A stretch of 41,115 nucleotides of DNA, taken from positions 64,987 to 106,101 of IMG/VR virus record IMGVR_UViG_3300028840_005768; one strand, given 5' to 3'. The notes beneath the pieces are model-generated. The model searched no databases, was not told the origin of the DNA, and saw only the letters and a list, made by a program, of their open reading frames with translations. This DNA is from a virus. Shown here piece after piece: positions 8,549-18,026 of the stretch (the first letter of the stretch is position 1; each line of letters starts with the position of its first letter). Position numbers and translations under genes: made by a program.

Positions 8549-11500
8549 TTAGAAGGGGCGGAGTGTCCGCTTACGAAGCTCGCGTTGAAGACTTCGTCCC
8601 ACCTCACGACCAGTCAGTTGCGGAGTTTTCGACTCATTGACTGTGACCGAAATGTCTCCGATGTTTGTGACCGAGCCGCCAGATTCACGATATACCGGCT
8701 TCACGCCCGCATTCATTGCTTGGAGCTGAGGGAAGAACTGATGAGCCGATCGGGCATTCACCACAAACTCACCCTTCGACAACCAAGCAGGAATCACATC
8801 CGTGCCCCGGCCGCCCGCAGCGAAGTACTGCCCCTTGGCCGCCGTTTGTGCCGTAGGCGCCGTCAACGGTGCGGCAAGCCTTGCTGCATTACCGATCTCC
8901 GTCTGCAGGAGTCGATACTGGCCCACCATGGCAGCAACCTTGTTCGTCCCTGCATCAACTGCCTCATTCAGTTGTTGCTGGGTCGTTACCGACTTCAACT
9001 CCTCTTGCCACCGTTCCCCAGCCTTCCGTTTGATGGCATCAAGGATCGGCAACATCTGACGAGCCTTCTCCGCCGCCTCGTCCCCTCCTTCAAAAAACTG
9101 GCTGAACGGATTCTGCTTCAGCTCCCCCATCTGCCCATAAGCTTCAGTGATGCGGTTGAGAGCACCTGCCATCACGTCGACTTCATGACGCATTTTTGGA
9201 GCGAATGCTTTTTGCCACCCTGTCTGAAGATAGTCTTCCCGGAAAGCCCGACCTAATTGGGATACACGATTGATCTCCTCTTGTGTTGGTATCCCTTGTG
9301 TCAACCCGATCAGAGCGCCACGAAGCTGATTAAAGGCAACAGCCCTTTGGTCAATTTCCGTAGACATCCCCATCTCATCCATATAGACACTTTCTTCAGT
9401 CCGTCGCCCGATGTCCGCCAACAACCGACCTGCCGTAGCCATGCTGGTGTTGTAACTATCAAGAGCCAGGGTCGCTTTCTGATATTGCTCAGGGGCAGTT
9501 TCCATTGACGTCTGCATCGCCCGCTCAGCCCTCATGAGGGTTGCTGCATCGCCGATATTGATTCCCTGTACCTTTGCGACAGCCTCGATCTCCACCTGGA
9601 AAGGATGTTGATCAAAGAAAGTCTGAAACGCGCCCTGTGTCTCCTGGAACACTCTGTCCAGATTAGCCGGCATCGATACAAGCGTTTGGAATTCAAGCCC
9701 TTTCCCCGGCTTGGCAATGCGTTCGAAGAGCTGCTGAACAAAGGGTTGACCTTCAAGGCCGAAATGCTTCTGACCTTCATCAAGCAGCGCGTAGAAACGC
9801 TTGATCTCCGTCTCCATCGTGGCACGATTCTTCTGCCATTCCTCGGCCGGAAGAACCTTGTCACCATCGAAGACTGTTGCCAGTTCCTCGATCTTCTTGG
9901 CGCTAACCTCCAGTGTTTGCATCCAAGCTGCCGTGTCCCTGGCGTTGGCTTCCAAACCCTTGCTGGCTGTTGTCAAAGACGACTGATGCGCACGCTCTGC
10001 CCGCATCATGCGACCATACATGCTCTCTGCTTGCTCAGTGAGTTTGTTGGCCCAAACCTGTTCTTGATTTGATTGAGCAAGCGAATATGCCTGCTCATTC
10101 AAGGCAACCGCTCGCTGGTGTGCCTGTTGTGCCAACTGGACTTGCTCTTCCGTGACCGCCTTCCTCAGCAATTCAGCCGCTCGATAAGATTCTCGTTGAG
10201 CCCGATCAAACAAGGCACCCAACTTGAACTGATCCGGCAGCTGTTCAAGACCACGCGCAAAGAGCGTGTCCGACAACTCCCGCTTCAAGTCACGAGCCCG
10301 ATCCGTTGAGGCATCAAAAAGCTCGTCCATGCCATTGACGGCAGCCTGAATTGCTTGAACGGCCTTCTTCCGAGAATCCAGGACCTGTCGCAGAGCCCAT
10401 TTCGTGCTGCCAACAAGAGCATCATTCTTGACAGCAATCGCGTCCGTCGCCTCAAAGTACTTCTTGCGAGTCTCTGCAACCTCCTCGTTGTAGAGCTTCA
10501 GGATCTGCTTGACTTTGTCCTTCTCAAGCTGTGTCTCTCTGGCGACCTTCTTCTTCCGCTCCTCAAGCAGTCGATCCATGGCCTTCTTTGTAGCCTCGAC
10601 TTCGGCATCCCATCCCGCGCGAATTGTGCGCCCGATATAGTCCCCAGCCATATAGGCGGCCAAGGCAAGACCAACAACGGAAATGGCACCCTTCATCGAG
10701 AGTGCCGACGCCGCGGCAGCATTCTGCGCATTGGCCAGAGACCACGCTCGAACTTCCGCCACACCCATCGCGATGGCAAACACTCCAAATGATGCCGCCA
10801 AAGCAGGAATAGTTGCCCCCAAGGAACGAAAGAGACGAATCAAAGTGTCCGCGCCACCCATGACATCGAATATCTGGTGCGAAGCGGCAATGATCTCTTC
10901 CCCGAACTCCCGGGTGAAGAAATTCTTCAATCGATTCAGCTCGCGTGTGACCCGCTCGACATCCGTTTCAATGAACATCTTGTATTCGCGATCAAAGGCC
11001 TCAGCCGCTTCCTTCTCGATCTCATCGAGATTGGCAGCGAACTTCTTCGCCCCATCGGCGCTCAAGATCAGCTCACCGACGATACCGCGAATACGAGGAA
11101 AGAGTTTGGCGATTGCTGCTGTCGAACCGTCCGTGTGCTCGGTTACCTCGAGCAGTGCTTCGCCAAGGGTCTTAGTCGCCAGAAGTTGCTCCGCCGACTC
11201 ATACCCCAAATCACGAAGAGTATCCTTCATCGCCTTGCTCGGCTTGATGAAGGCCTGCATCACGCCGCGCAACTGGGTGGCGGCCTTGTTGGTATCGATC
11301 CCAGCGATCGTCACCGTCGCAAAAGCAGCCTGCAACTCCTCCATCTCGACACCAAGCTGTGCCGCCAACGGCGCCACAGTACCGAAGGAATTGGCCAACT
11401 GATCGGCTCGGGTACGTCCTAGCTCGATCGTCTTGAAGAACTTGGCCGAGACATCCTCCGCCTCAGTGACATCCTTCCCGTAAGCGTTCAATGTCCCCGA

Positions 11501-12073
11501 GATCAGGTTGACGCCTGTATCGATATCGGTGACCGCAACCTTGGAGAACTTCGCAATGCTGCTGGTGAACGACTCCACGTCACCAACCGACTTGGCGACC
11601 TGATTCGACAACGTCTGATAGAACGCTTCGGTTGTGGACGCCAGCCCGACATTGAACTCATCCGATACCCCTTGAATGGCATCCTTCAAATGATCGAGAT
11701 TCTTGACCGGAGAAATCGTACGGACTTCGGCGACTTTTCTCTGAAACTCAGCAGCATCCGCCACTGCCGCATTGAGCGCATTCCGCAAGGTGCTCAACGA
11801 ACGGACAATCGCCTGGGTGGTCACAATCCTGACCATCGTCTTCCAGTCGACAGTCAAGCGTTGGACTTTCTTACTAGCGTCTTTCAAGCCGTCATTTGTC
11901 TGGCCCAATCCTTGAGCGACTTGGGCTCCGTTCTGATTGAACTGGCCCATCATCTCTGCCGTGCTCTTGAGGCGATCCTCAAGCTTGGCAAAGTGTTGAT
12001 CCAACTTGCGCAAAGTGTCTAAGGCTTGTGCGGCTGAGAATCCCAGTTCTTGTCTGATTTCGTCAGCCATCAT
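8549..12073 (-). CDS. Tape measure protein (TP901-type core)
   Basis: 1174 aa, alpha-helical and Ala-rich. TP901 core (LANSFGTVAPLAAQLGVEMEEL...AATQLRGVM) and C-terminal GTDVIPAWLSKGEFVVNA motif. Confidence 0.92.
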   Translation of the reverse strand: MMADEIRQELGFSAAQALDTLRKLDQHFAKLEDRLKSTAEMMGQFNQNGAQVAQGLGQTNDGLKDASKKVQRLTVDWKTMVRIVTTQAIVRSLSTLRNALNAAVADAAEFQRKVAEVRTISPVKNLDHLKDAIQGVSDEFNVGLASTTEAFYQTLSNQVAKSVGDVESFTSSIAKFSKVAVTDIDTGVNLISGTLNAYGKDVTEAEDVSAKFFKTIELGRTRADQLANSFGTVAPLAAQLGVEMEELQAAFATVTIAGIDTNKAATQLRGVMQAFIKPSKAMKDTLRDLGYESAEQLLATKTLGEALLEVTEHTDGSTAAIAKLFPRIRGIVGELILSADGAKKFAANLDEIEKEAAEAFDREYKMFIETDVERVTRELNRLKNFFTREFGEEIIAASHQIFDVMGGADTLIRLFRSLGATIPALAASFGVFAIAMGVAEVRAWSLANAQNAAAASALSMKGAISVVGLALAAYMAGDYIGRTIRAGWDAEVEATKKAMDRLLEERKKKVARETQLEKDKVKQILKLYNEEVAETRKKYFEATDAIAVKNDALVGSTKWALRQVLDSRKKAVQAIQAAVNGMDELFDASTDRARDLKRELSDTLFARGLEQLPDQFKLGALFDRAQRESYRAAELLRKAVTEEQVQLAQQAHQRAVALNEQAYSLAQSNQEQVWANKLTEQAESMYGRMMRAERAHQSSLTTASKGLEANARDTAAWMQTLEVSAKKIEELATVFDGDKVLPAEEWQKNRATMETEIKRFYALLDEGQKHFGLEGQPFVQQLFERIAKPGKGLEFQTLVSMPANLDRVFQETQGAFQTFFDQHPFQVEIEAVAKVQGINIGDAATLMRAERAMQTSMETAPEQYQKATLALDSYNTSMATAGRLLADIGRRTEESVYMDEMGMSTEIDQRAVAFNQLRGALIGLTQGIPTQEEINRVSQLGRAFREDYLQTGWQKAFAPKMRHEVDVMAGALNRITEAYGQMGELKQNPFSQFFEGGDEAAEKARQMLPILDAIKRKAGERWQEELKSVTTQQQLNEAVDAGTNKVAAMVGQYRLLQTEIGNAARLAAPLTAPTAQTAAKGQYFAAGGRGTDVIPAWLSKGEFVVNARSAHQFFPQLQAMNAGVKPVYRESGGSVTNIGDISVTVNESKTPQLTGREVGRSLQRELRKRTLRPF

Positions 12074-12074
12074 G

Positions 12075-12575
12075 TCACACCCTGTATGTACGAATCTTCA
12101 AAGCTCTCCACGGCGACGGTAGACGCACACCCGCCGCGTAGCGTTCGAAGGCCATCCGCCCTTTCTGCTGGAAGTAGTAAGGGCCGGGACGGATCAAGCG
12201 ATGAAACAGATCAGGATCAGGATCTGCATTCGCGTTGTGAAACTCGTTGTAGATCAGATGAGTCAGTGTCGTCTGATAGCGAAACAGGTAGAGGCCTTGC
12301 TGTGGATCAGTGACCACCTCACCATCACCCTGCCGTTGCCCATACGAGATGCGACTCAACGCGGACGGTGCAATCGAAAGGTGGTATCCAACCTCTCTTG
12401 CAAGCCGGAGGAACGTTGCGTGTGAAGCACCGCTCCACACAGGGATCTCGCTCAGCACTGCTTCCAACCAGACAAAAGCTGCATGAGCAATCGCATCCGA
12501 TAGATGCTCATGCAGCTGTTGTTGATACTTGCCGAGTTGGATGCGCGGTGCGCGGAACTTGGCCTTGAACTTCAT
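12075..12575 (-). CDS. HK97 gp10-like tail completion / neck protein (putative)
   Basis: IPVWSGAS resembles the PVxTG motif. Basic 166-aa protein in the tail block. Confidence 0.45.
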   Translation of the reverse strand: MKFKAKFRAPRIQLGKYQQQLHEHLSDAIAHAAFVWLEAVLSEIPVWSGASHATFLRLAREVGYHLSIAPSALSRISYGQRQGDGEVVTDPQQGLYLFRYQTTLTHLIYNEFHNANADPDPDLFHRLIRPGPYYFQQKGRMAFERYAAGVRLPSPWRALKIRTYRV

Positions 12576-12587
12576 GGTCAGCAGCCC

Positions 12588-12842
12588 TCAACGCTTTCTG
12601 GGCAGGCGCGGAGTACCCGCTTTCAGCATTGCGGCCTGCTCTTCCGACTCATCATGCTCACACGTCTGGTCGAATGCCAAAATCAGAGCTTGCGTGTGAA
12701 CACCGCAATCGTCCCAGGATTCCTTGACCCCGGGCGGGCGAACTCCTACTCTTCGACAGGCCCGCCAGATTGCGTAGTCGTGGCTCCGGTGGCTTGGCCA
12801 GAGAATTCGCTTGGCACCGGCTGCTGACCAAGTACAAAAACC
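12588..12842 (-). CDS. -1 frameshift extension of the tail chaperone (gpGT-like)
   Basis: The -1 frame is open from GGTTTTT (12836-12842) to TGA at 12588 and reads ...WSAAGAKRILWPSHRSHDYAIWRACRRVGVRPPGVKESWDDC...RLPRKR. It fills the gap before the next gene and has no early start codon of its own. Confidence 0.65.
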   Translation of the reverse strand, partial: GFCTWSAAGAKRILWPSHRSHDYAIWRACRRVGVRPPGVKESWDDCGVHTQALILAFDQTCEHDESEEQAAMLKAGTPRLPRKR

Positions 12843-13276
12843 TCGCGCGCCTTCGCCAGCTTCGCCTCATCCAGGCAGTTGGCCTGAAAGACCAGCCCCA
12901 TCACGCGATTGCATTCCACCTGTGTCATACCGGCGTTCTTGAGATCCCCGTCCCAATTGAGCCAGGTGGAAGGATTGTCGGGATCGACGGTATCCCACTC
13001 GATCTCGCTTGGCTCGAGAGACTTGATCACCATCCAAGCCAGGCGCTTGCTGTCGTAGGCGTCCTTCAACGACTTGTAGCCAGGATCATCCTTGTTAGGG
13101 ACCCAACCTTCACTCGGCACCAGCTTCCCAGGTGGCTTCGGCTCCGGGCACAACTTCAAGAACTCGTCGTAGTCAGGGACCCCTGTCGCGCGAAAGACGA
13201 TCTGCTGATCCCCACGAGGTAGAACAAGAATCTCCTCGATGGGAAGAGTAGACGGATCAACTCCACCAATCTTCAT
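12746..13276 (-). CDS. Tail assembly chaperone (gpG-like)
   Basis: Lies between the tail tube and tape measure genes, has a GAGGGAGA RBS, and contains a slippery G GTT TTT near its 3' end. Confidence 0.7.
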   Translation of the reverse strand: MKIGGVDPSTLPIEEILVLPRGDQQIVFRATGVPDYDEFLKLCPEPKPPGKLVPSEGWVPNKDDPGYKSLKDAYDSKRLAWMVIKSLEPSEIEWDTVDPDNPSTWLNWDGDLKNAGMTQVECNRVMGLVFQANCLDEAKLAKAREVFVLGQQPVPSEFSGQATGATTTQSGGPVEE

Positions 13277-13294
13277 GTGTTAGTCTCCCTCAGA

Positions 13295-13339
13295 ACAAAG
13301 AAAAGAAAGGCCCGGAATGGGGTGGCCATCCCGGGCCTG
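13295..13339 (-). terminator. Intrinsic terminator after tail tube genes
   Basis: Minus strand AGGCCCGGGATGG...CCATTCCGGGCC followed by TTTCTTTTCTTT. Confidence 0.7.
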
Positions 13340-13359
13340 AAACAGACTTCACCACACGC

Positions 13360-14388
13360 TTATGTGCGCGTCACAGTCGGCTCGGTAGCGTTGCACCGGC
13401 CGGAAACCGAAACAGCCGCTTCACCAAGATCCACTTCCTTGGAATCAGGACGAAACTCAGGGAAAAGCGTCGTTTCTGTTTGAGCGCTCCCACAAGGCGG
13501 GTTATGCACCACCTCAATATCGATGCAGTAAGGCTCGCAAGGATCAGCCGAGGCGCTCACCCAGGCCGACGCGCCGCCCTTCTGCTTGAGAGCATCCATC
13601 GGCGTGATCGCTTCACTGGTCCCGGTCGTGATGAACTCGTACACAAAGTCGAGGTTCACCTCCATAGGAGCCTGATCACCCTCCCGCACCGTATCCAACT
13701 GACCACGATCCAGCTCGTAATCATAGTTGGTATTCTCAGTGTAGGTCAGGTTGCCATCGCCGATCTTGATCTCGATCTGTGCCGGAAGGAACGTGATGTC
13801 GTCATCATCACTGGGCAAACTACCAGACTGGAGAGCAGGGCTGAAAGTCAACTTCCAAGTGGTGGCACCAGCATGCTCCACCGTGACATCAGCAGACGGC
13901 GTGGTACCTGTCAAGGAACCACCATCAGCTGTCATCGTCACCACGTTCTGACCGACATAGGTGCCCTTGAACTCGACTGTCCAAGGACCACCCGCAGAGC
14001 CAGTGACTTCCACGTCGCCTGAGCTGATGTTCGACAAGCCTTCCAGCGCTGTCTGCACATCATTTGCTGACGCATCATAGGCAATCGCAGACGTTGGGCC
14101 CTCACCGTCCCAGCTCAAAGTGAACGTGCCACCAGAAGCACCTGTCAAAGTGACTACTTGCTGCTCGTTATTGTTCACTCCAGTCACCGTGAACGTAGTC
14201 CCAGAAACCGTATTAATCGTGAAACGGACACCAACAGGCACCGTCGTCATCGAATGAGGAAAGCCCGCCAGCGTGTCAATCTCCAACGTCGTATCGGAGG
14301 CCGAAATGGAGGTATCATCGACCTTAGCCGTTCCACCGAAACCATCCTTGAATCGGATGGTACAGTGCTTCAATTCGATTCGCGCCAT
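13360..14388 (-). CDS. Major tail tube protein, paralog 2 (with an extra inserted domain)
   Basis: Shares MARIELKHC and a near-identical C-terminal half with 14400..15152, plus a ~95-aa insertion. Confidence 0.75.
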   Translation of the reverse strand: MARIELKHCTIRFKDGFGGTAKVDDTSISASDTTLEIDTLAGFPHSMTTVPVGVRFTINTVSGTTFTVTGVNNNEQQVVTLTGASGGTFTLSWDGEGPTSAIAYDASANDVQTALEGLSNISSGDVEVTGSAGGPWTVEFKGTYVGQNVVTMTADGGSLTGTTPSADVTVEHAGATTWKLTFSPALQSGSLPSDDDDITFLPAQIEIKIGDGNLTYTENTNYDYELDRGQLDTVREGDQAPMEVNLDFVYEFITTGTSEAITPMDALKQKGGASAWVSASADPCEPYCIDIEVVHNPPCGSAQTETTLFPEFRPDSKEVDLGEAAVSVSGRCNATEPTVTRT

Positions 14389-14399
14389 GAGTCACCCCC

Positions 14400-15152
14400 T
14401 TACGACTGGCTGGTACGAGTGACAGTCGGCTCGACAGCATTGCAGCGGCCAGAAATGGAAATCTGGGCCTCACCGAGATCCACTTCCTTGGAATCCGGGC
14501 GGAAGTCCGGGAAGAGAGTCGTCTCGATTTGCGCACCGCCACACGAAGGCGTATAAACCACCTCGATGTCGACACAATAGGGTTCGCAAGGATCACTCGA
14601 CGAGCTGACCCACTCCGAGGCATTCCCTTTCTGCTTGAGAGCGTCCATCGGCGTAATCGACTCATTCGTGCCGGTGGTGATGAACTCGTAGACGAAGTCG
14701 ATGTTCACTTCCATGGGAGCTTCATCGCCTTCACGGACCGCATCCAACTGGCCCTTATCGAGTTCGTACTCGTAGTTCTTGTTCTCGGTGTACGTGCAGT
14801 TACCGTCACCGATCTTGATATCAAGCTGCTGAGATTGAAACGTGACAACACCATCGTCGGCATACGAACCAGGCCCAAGAGCCGGAGAAAACTCGATATT
14901 GGTTGTCGGACTCGTAGCCGATGGTGTACGAGCCGTCACAACATGAACTTGAGTTGAATTAGTCTCACCGGCAACCGTGAACCGAGCACCAATCGGAATC
15001 AAATCAGTGTCGACAGTGTTGAGCGAGATCGTATCCACATCGAACGAGGTATCATTTTCCGCGGGTGCGGTTGTCGGCTCATTGATCTTAGCCGAACCGC
15101 TAAGGCCATCCTTCAAACGGATGACACAATGCTTCAATTCGATTCGTGCCAT
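14400..15152 (-). CDS. Major tail tube protein, paralog 1
   Basis: Follows the tail terminator gene, is acidic and beta-rich, and has a GGAGA RBS. Confidence 0.75.
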   Translation of the reverse strand: MARIELKHCVIRLKDGLSGSAKINEPTTAPAENDTSFDVDTISLNTVDTDLIPIGARFTVAGETNSTQVHVVTARTPSATSPTTNIEFSPALGPGSYADDGVVTFQSQQLDIKIGDGNCTYTENKNYEYELDKGQLDAVREGDEAPMEVNIDFVYEFITTGTNESITPMDALKQKGNASEWVSSSSDPCEPYCVDIEVVYTPSCGGAQIETTLFPDFRPDSKEVDLGEAQISISGRCNAVEPTVTRTSQS

Positions 15153-15164
15153 AGGGCAAGTCTC

Positions 15165-15656
15165 CTAGTTGTCTTCGAGGTACATCACGTAGCGGGCATC
15201 CACAGCAGATTGTCGAAGCTTGTCCGTTAGATCCACTTGCCCGAAATGGATCACCCGAACTGAGTCATTCCGTCCAGAACGAGGACGTAAGCAACCAAGG
15301 AACGAGTCATCGTCACCCGGTTCGTTGCCATACCGATGGATGTTGATGACTGTGTCCATTGCCTCCTGGAAGAGGCCCGCGTTTTTCAGGAGCGCGTACC
15401 TGTTTTTTGCTGCACCGTCATAACGACTGGTCAGAATCACATTGACGTCCATGTAAACACGGAAGTAGCCTTTGCTCTCTTCCGTTACAAACGGGCCGGT
15501 GATACGAATCTCCACCCGTTCGGAAGCCTGCATGAAATCATCAGTCCGGTCATCCATACCTTCAACGATCGCGGGAATGCTCGCATCGGTTGCCACCTGC
15601 TTCAAATAGGTGGCCACAGATGCAAACATCCAACGTGCCCAATTTGAATTTGCCAT
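15165..15656 (-). CDS. Tail terminator / tail completion protein (putative)
   Basis: Size and position immediately before the tail tube genes. TAATG coupling with the upstream gene. Confidence 0.55.
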   Translation of the reverse strand: MANSNWARWMFASVATYLKQVATDASIPAIVEGMDDRTDDFMQASERVEIRITGPFVTEESKGYFRVYMDVNVILTSRYDGAAKNRYALLKNAGLFQEAMDTVINIHRYGNEPGDDDSFLGCLRPRSGRNDSVRVIHFGQVDLTDKLRQSAVDARYVMYLEDN

Positions 15657-16156
15657 TACGTCGCCTCCCCGTTTGAGGACAGGCCCAACAGGCTGTCCGC
15701 ACTGAGAAGGTGAATCTGTTCAGGCACCTCGCCAACAAGCTCGCGGGCAGTGATAAGCCACCCTGCTTCAAACTCGAATTCCTGAAACTCCTTGATCTCG
15801 TACTTGCGCCCCCGATAGACAAGGTAATCGTCTGTGGTCAATTGCAGATCGTCTTCAACATCGTCTCGATCCACAATGAACAGACGCTGACCAGCATCAT
15901 ACGTCCCGCCAACAACAAACATCTTGTTTGCTGAGATTTGCGAAATGCTCTTCCGCACCTCGCGACCAATCCGCACAGGTAAAACAACAGCACGATCAAC
16001 ATGCACGACCGTCTTGTTGGTCGTAACTTCACCGGTCTTCGGGTCCGTGTTGGAACTGACCAGGTGATAAAGATCGATCTCGCCGCCATATTGACGCTTC
16101 AGCATGTAAAGCGTCTGTCGGATCGCCCGATTCAATGTGCGCTCGGCAGGGTACAT
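15656..16156 (-). CDS. Head closure / head-tail adaptor protein
   Basis: Likely start MYPAER at 16156. DPKTGE and DYLVYRGRKYEIKE motifs are typical of head-closure proteins. Confidence 0.6.
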   Translation of the reverse strand: MYPAERTLNRAIRQTLYMLKRQYGGEIDLYHLVSSNTDPKTGEVTTNKTVVHVDRAVVLPVRIGREVRKSISQISANKMFVVGGTYDAGQRLFIVDRDDVEDDLQLTTDDYLVYRGRKYEIKEFQEFEFEAGWLITARELVGEVPEQIHLLSADSLLGLSSNGEAT

Positions 16157-16169
16157 GGCGGCCTCACTC

Positions 16170-16451
16170 TCAACGACCAGCGCGGTCAAGAACTGTCTCC
16201 AAACGGGTCATCACCTCAGTATTCTGTCGCATGACGTCAGTATTCTGAGTGATGACTTTGGTGCATTCCTGCACCAACGGTAAGATGACCTTGCGCTGCT
16301 CATCCTCGAGTTCGTTGATTCGTTGCGACAAACGGTCTTCGCGTCGATAGTCGCGCCAGACAAAGAAGATGACCGCCAGAAAGAGTGGTCCGAAGTTCTT
16401 CAAAACCCACACTAGATCGACAAGGTCACCCATAGCAAACAGACAATCCAT
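16170..16451 (-). CDS. Small single-TM plus coiled-coil protein, BhlA-holin-like
   Basis: GAGGAGG RBS. FGPLFLAVIFFVWRDYRREDRL is followed by a coiled coil. Confidence 0.5.
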   Translation of the reverse strand: MDCLFAMGDLVDLVWVLKNFGPLFLAVIFFVWRDYRREDRLSQRINELEDEQRKVILPLVQECTKVITQNTDVMRQNTEVMTRLETVLDRAGR

Positions 16452-16468
16452 GACTACCTCCTCTGGCG

Positions 16469-16511
16469 AAACAGAAGGTTGCCCACCCGTGGATGACCAC
16501 GGGTGAGCAAA
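16469..16511 (-). terminator. Probable terminator after capsid gene
   Basis: Minus strand TTGCTCACCCGTGG-tcat-CCACGGGTGGGCAA followed by CCTTCTGTTT. Confidence 0.55.
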
Positions 16512-16527
16512 CCTGGAATGGCTGAGA

Positions 16528-17967
16528 TTAGCCAAGCAGCACGACCGCCAGATTGGTGTCCAGCTCCTTGATGCCGGCGAGCATGTCGCAGTTCACGACA
16601 GTCCCACCCGCATCGATGTCGTACTGCATACTGACACGCATGCCGACATCGTTGTAGGAACCGACGCCGGAAAGCACGCCCATTCGATTGTTGGGCACAG
16701 CCAGCGGACGGGTGACCAAAGCAATGGCCTCGCGATGCAGCGCCAGGTTCAGCGAACCAGCAGGACCGGGAAAGACCGACACACCGTCAGCAAGAGCGGC
16801 CTCAAGCGGACGATCAAGCATCACCTTGCAAGAAGTTGTGGTCACCGCTTCCGACTCGATGATCGTATACGTGTACCGAGTCGAAGTACCGATCGACAGC
16901 AACTGGCCAACCTGCGGATGCTTATTGGCAGTATACCCGTCAAGGATGATCTGCTCATCGTAGCCAACCGCATACTCAGTACCAGACTGCGCGGAAGCAT
17001 CGACAGTGGCCGGATCGTAAACAGTCACGACCGCATTGTCGAGAACAGCATACTTGAGAGCCTCACTAAGCGTAATGCCAGTCGGAGTCGAACCGCCAGT
17101 CGAACCAGTCGCCCAAGTCGGTTGATCGTTCCCGGCAACATTCACATAGGAACCAGCAGTGATCGCTGCCGACAGACCATCCACCGTCAGCTCAGTCGCC
17201 GTCCCAGCCGGGTAGCCAGTAGCATTGTTGATGGCACCGGCAACAGTGTCAGCACCCAGCGAATTGCAGTACGGTACGTTCTGGGCGAGGAACGTATTGA
17301 AGCCCAAGATCCGGCCCAAACGGGCATTCTCAAGAGCCTCACCACCATCGCCACGCTCGTTGGCCTTCAAGAACATGTCGTTCTTGAGCAAGGCGGTCTC
17401 GCTCATCGAAGAGAGAAGCAGGCTGCGAGCAGCATCCAGCGGAGCGTTGTTGCTGTTGAGCTTCTCGCGCGCCTCAAGAACAACCTCATGACTCGAAGCA
17501 GCCAAGAGATTCTGCAGACGGCCAACACGAGCCGTGGGGGCCGACCCCAGGAACCGATGGACGTGGCCCAGCAACGCGCGATCCACCGAACGAGCAATCG
17601 TCCGCATCGACGGAACCAGATACACGTCAACCAGGTCCTGGAAGCTCATGCTCTGCTCGCCGTCCTTGATGACGAACGAATTGTAGAACCACTGGTTCAG
17701 CTTGACCGGAACATTGGTCGACGTCGCGTCCTGCTTGTCCAGGCTGGTCGTCGAGTCGCTCTTCCGGCGAACCTTGAACTCACCAGGGCGCCGAGTATTG
17801 ACGGTGTCGCCATACTGCGCGACCGCATCCTCGAAATCACGGTGAACCAAGGCGGCCGCGACCATCTGCTCCTCGAGCTGCATCAGGCCTTCAAGAGCCC
17901 ACTGCTCAGGGATGAACGCATCGTTGTCATTGGCGTAACACGCCACTTCAGGAAAAGCACAGTACAT
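16528..17967 (-). CDS. Major capsid protein (P22 coat-like, HK97 fold) with two inserted beta domains
   Basis: FIPEQW...LVHRDFE...GDTVNTRRP, LGRILGFN, and C-terminal ALHREAIALVTRPL...DMLAG motifs. Confidence 0.88.
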   Translation of the reverse strand: MYCAFPEVACYANDNDAFIPEQWALEGLMQLEEQMVAAALVHRDFEDAVAQYGDTVNTRRPGEFKVRRKSDSTTSLDKQDATSTNVPVKLNQWFYNSFVIKDGEQSMSFQDLVDVYLVPSMRTIARSVDRALLGHVHRFLGSAPTARVGRLQNLLAASSHEVVLEAREKLNSNNAPLDAARSLLLSSMSETALLKNDMFLKANERGDGGEALENARLGRILGFNTFLAQNVPYCNSLGADTVAGAINNATGYPAGTATELTVDGLSAAITAGSYVNVAGNDQPTWATGSTGGSTPTGITLSEALKYAVLDNAVVTVYDPATVDASAQSGTEYAVGYDEQIILDGYTANKHPQVGQLLSIGTSTRYTYTIIESEAVTTTSCKVMLDRPLEAALADGVSVFPGPAGSLNLALHREAIALVTRPLAVPNNRMGVLSGVGSYNDVGMRVSMQYDIDAGGTVVNCDMLAGIKELDTNLAVVLLG

Positions 17968-18026
17968 GGATGTTTCTCCAAACGGAAGGTGTCAATCAAA
18001 CCCACACAACACCCCCGAAATGGTGG

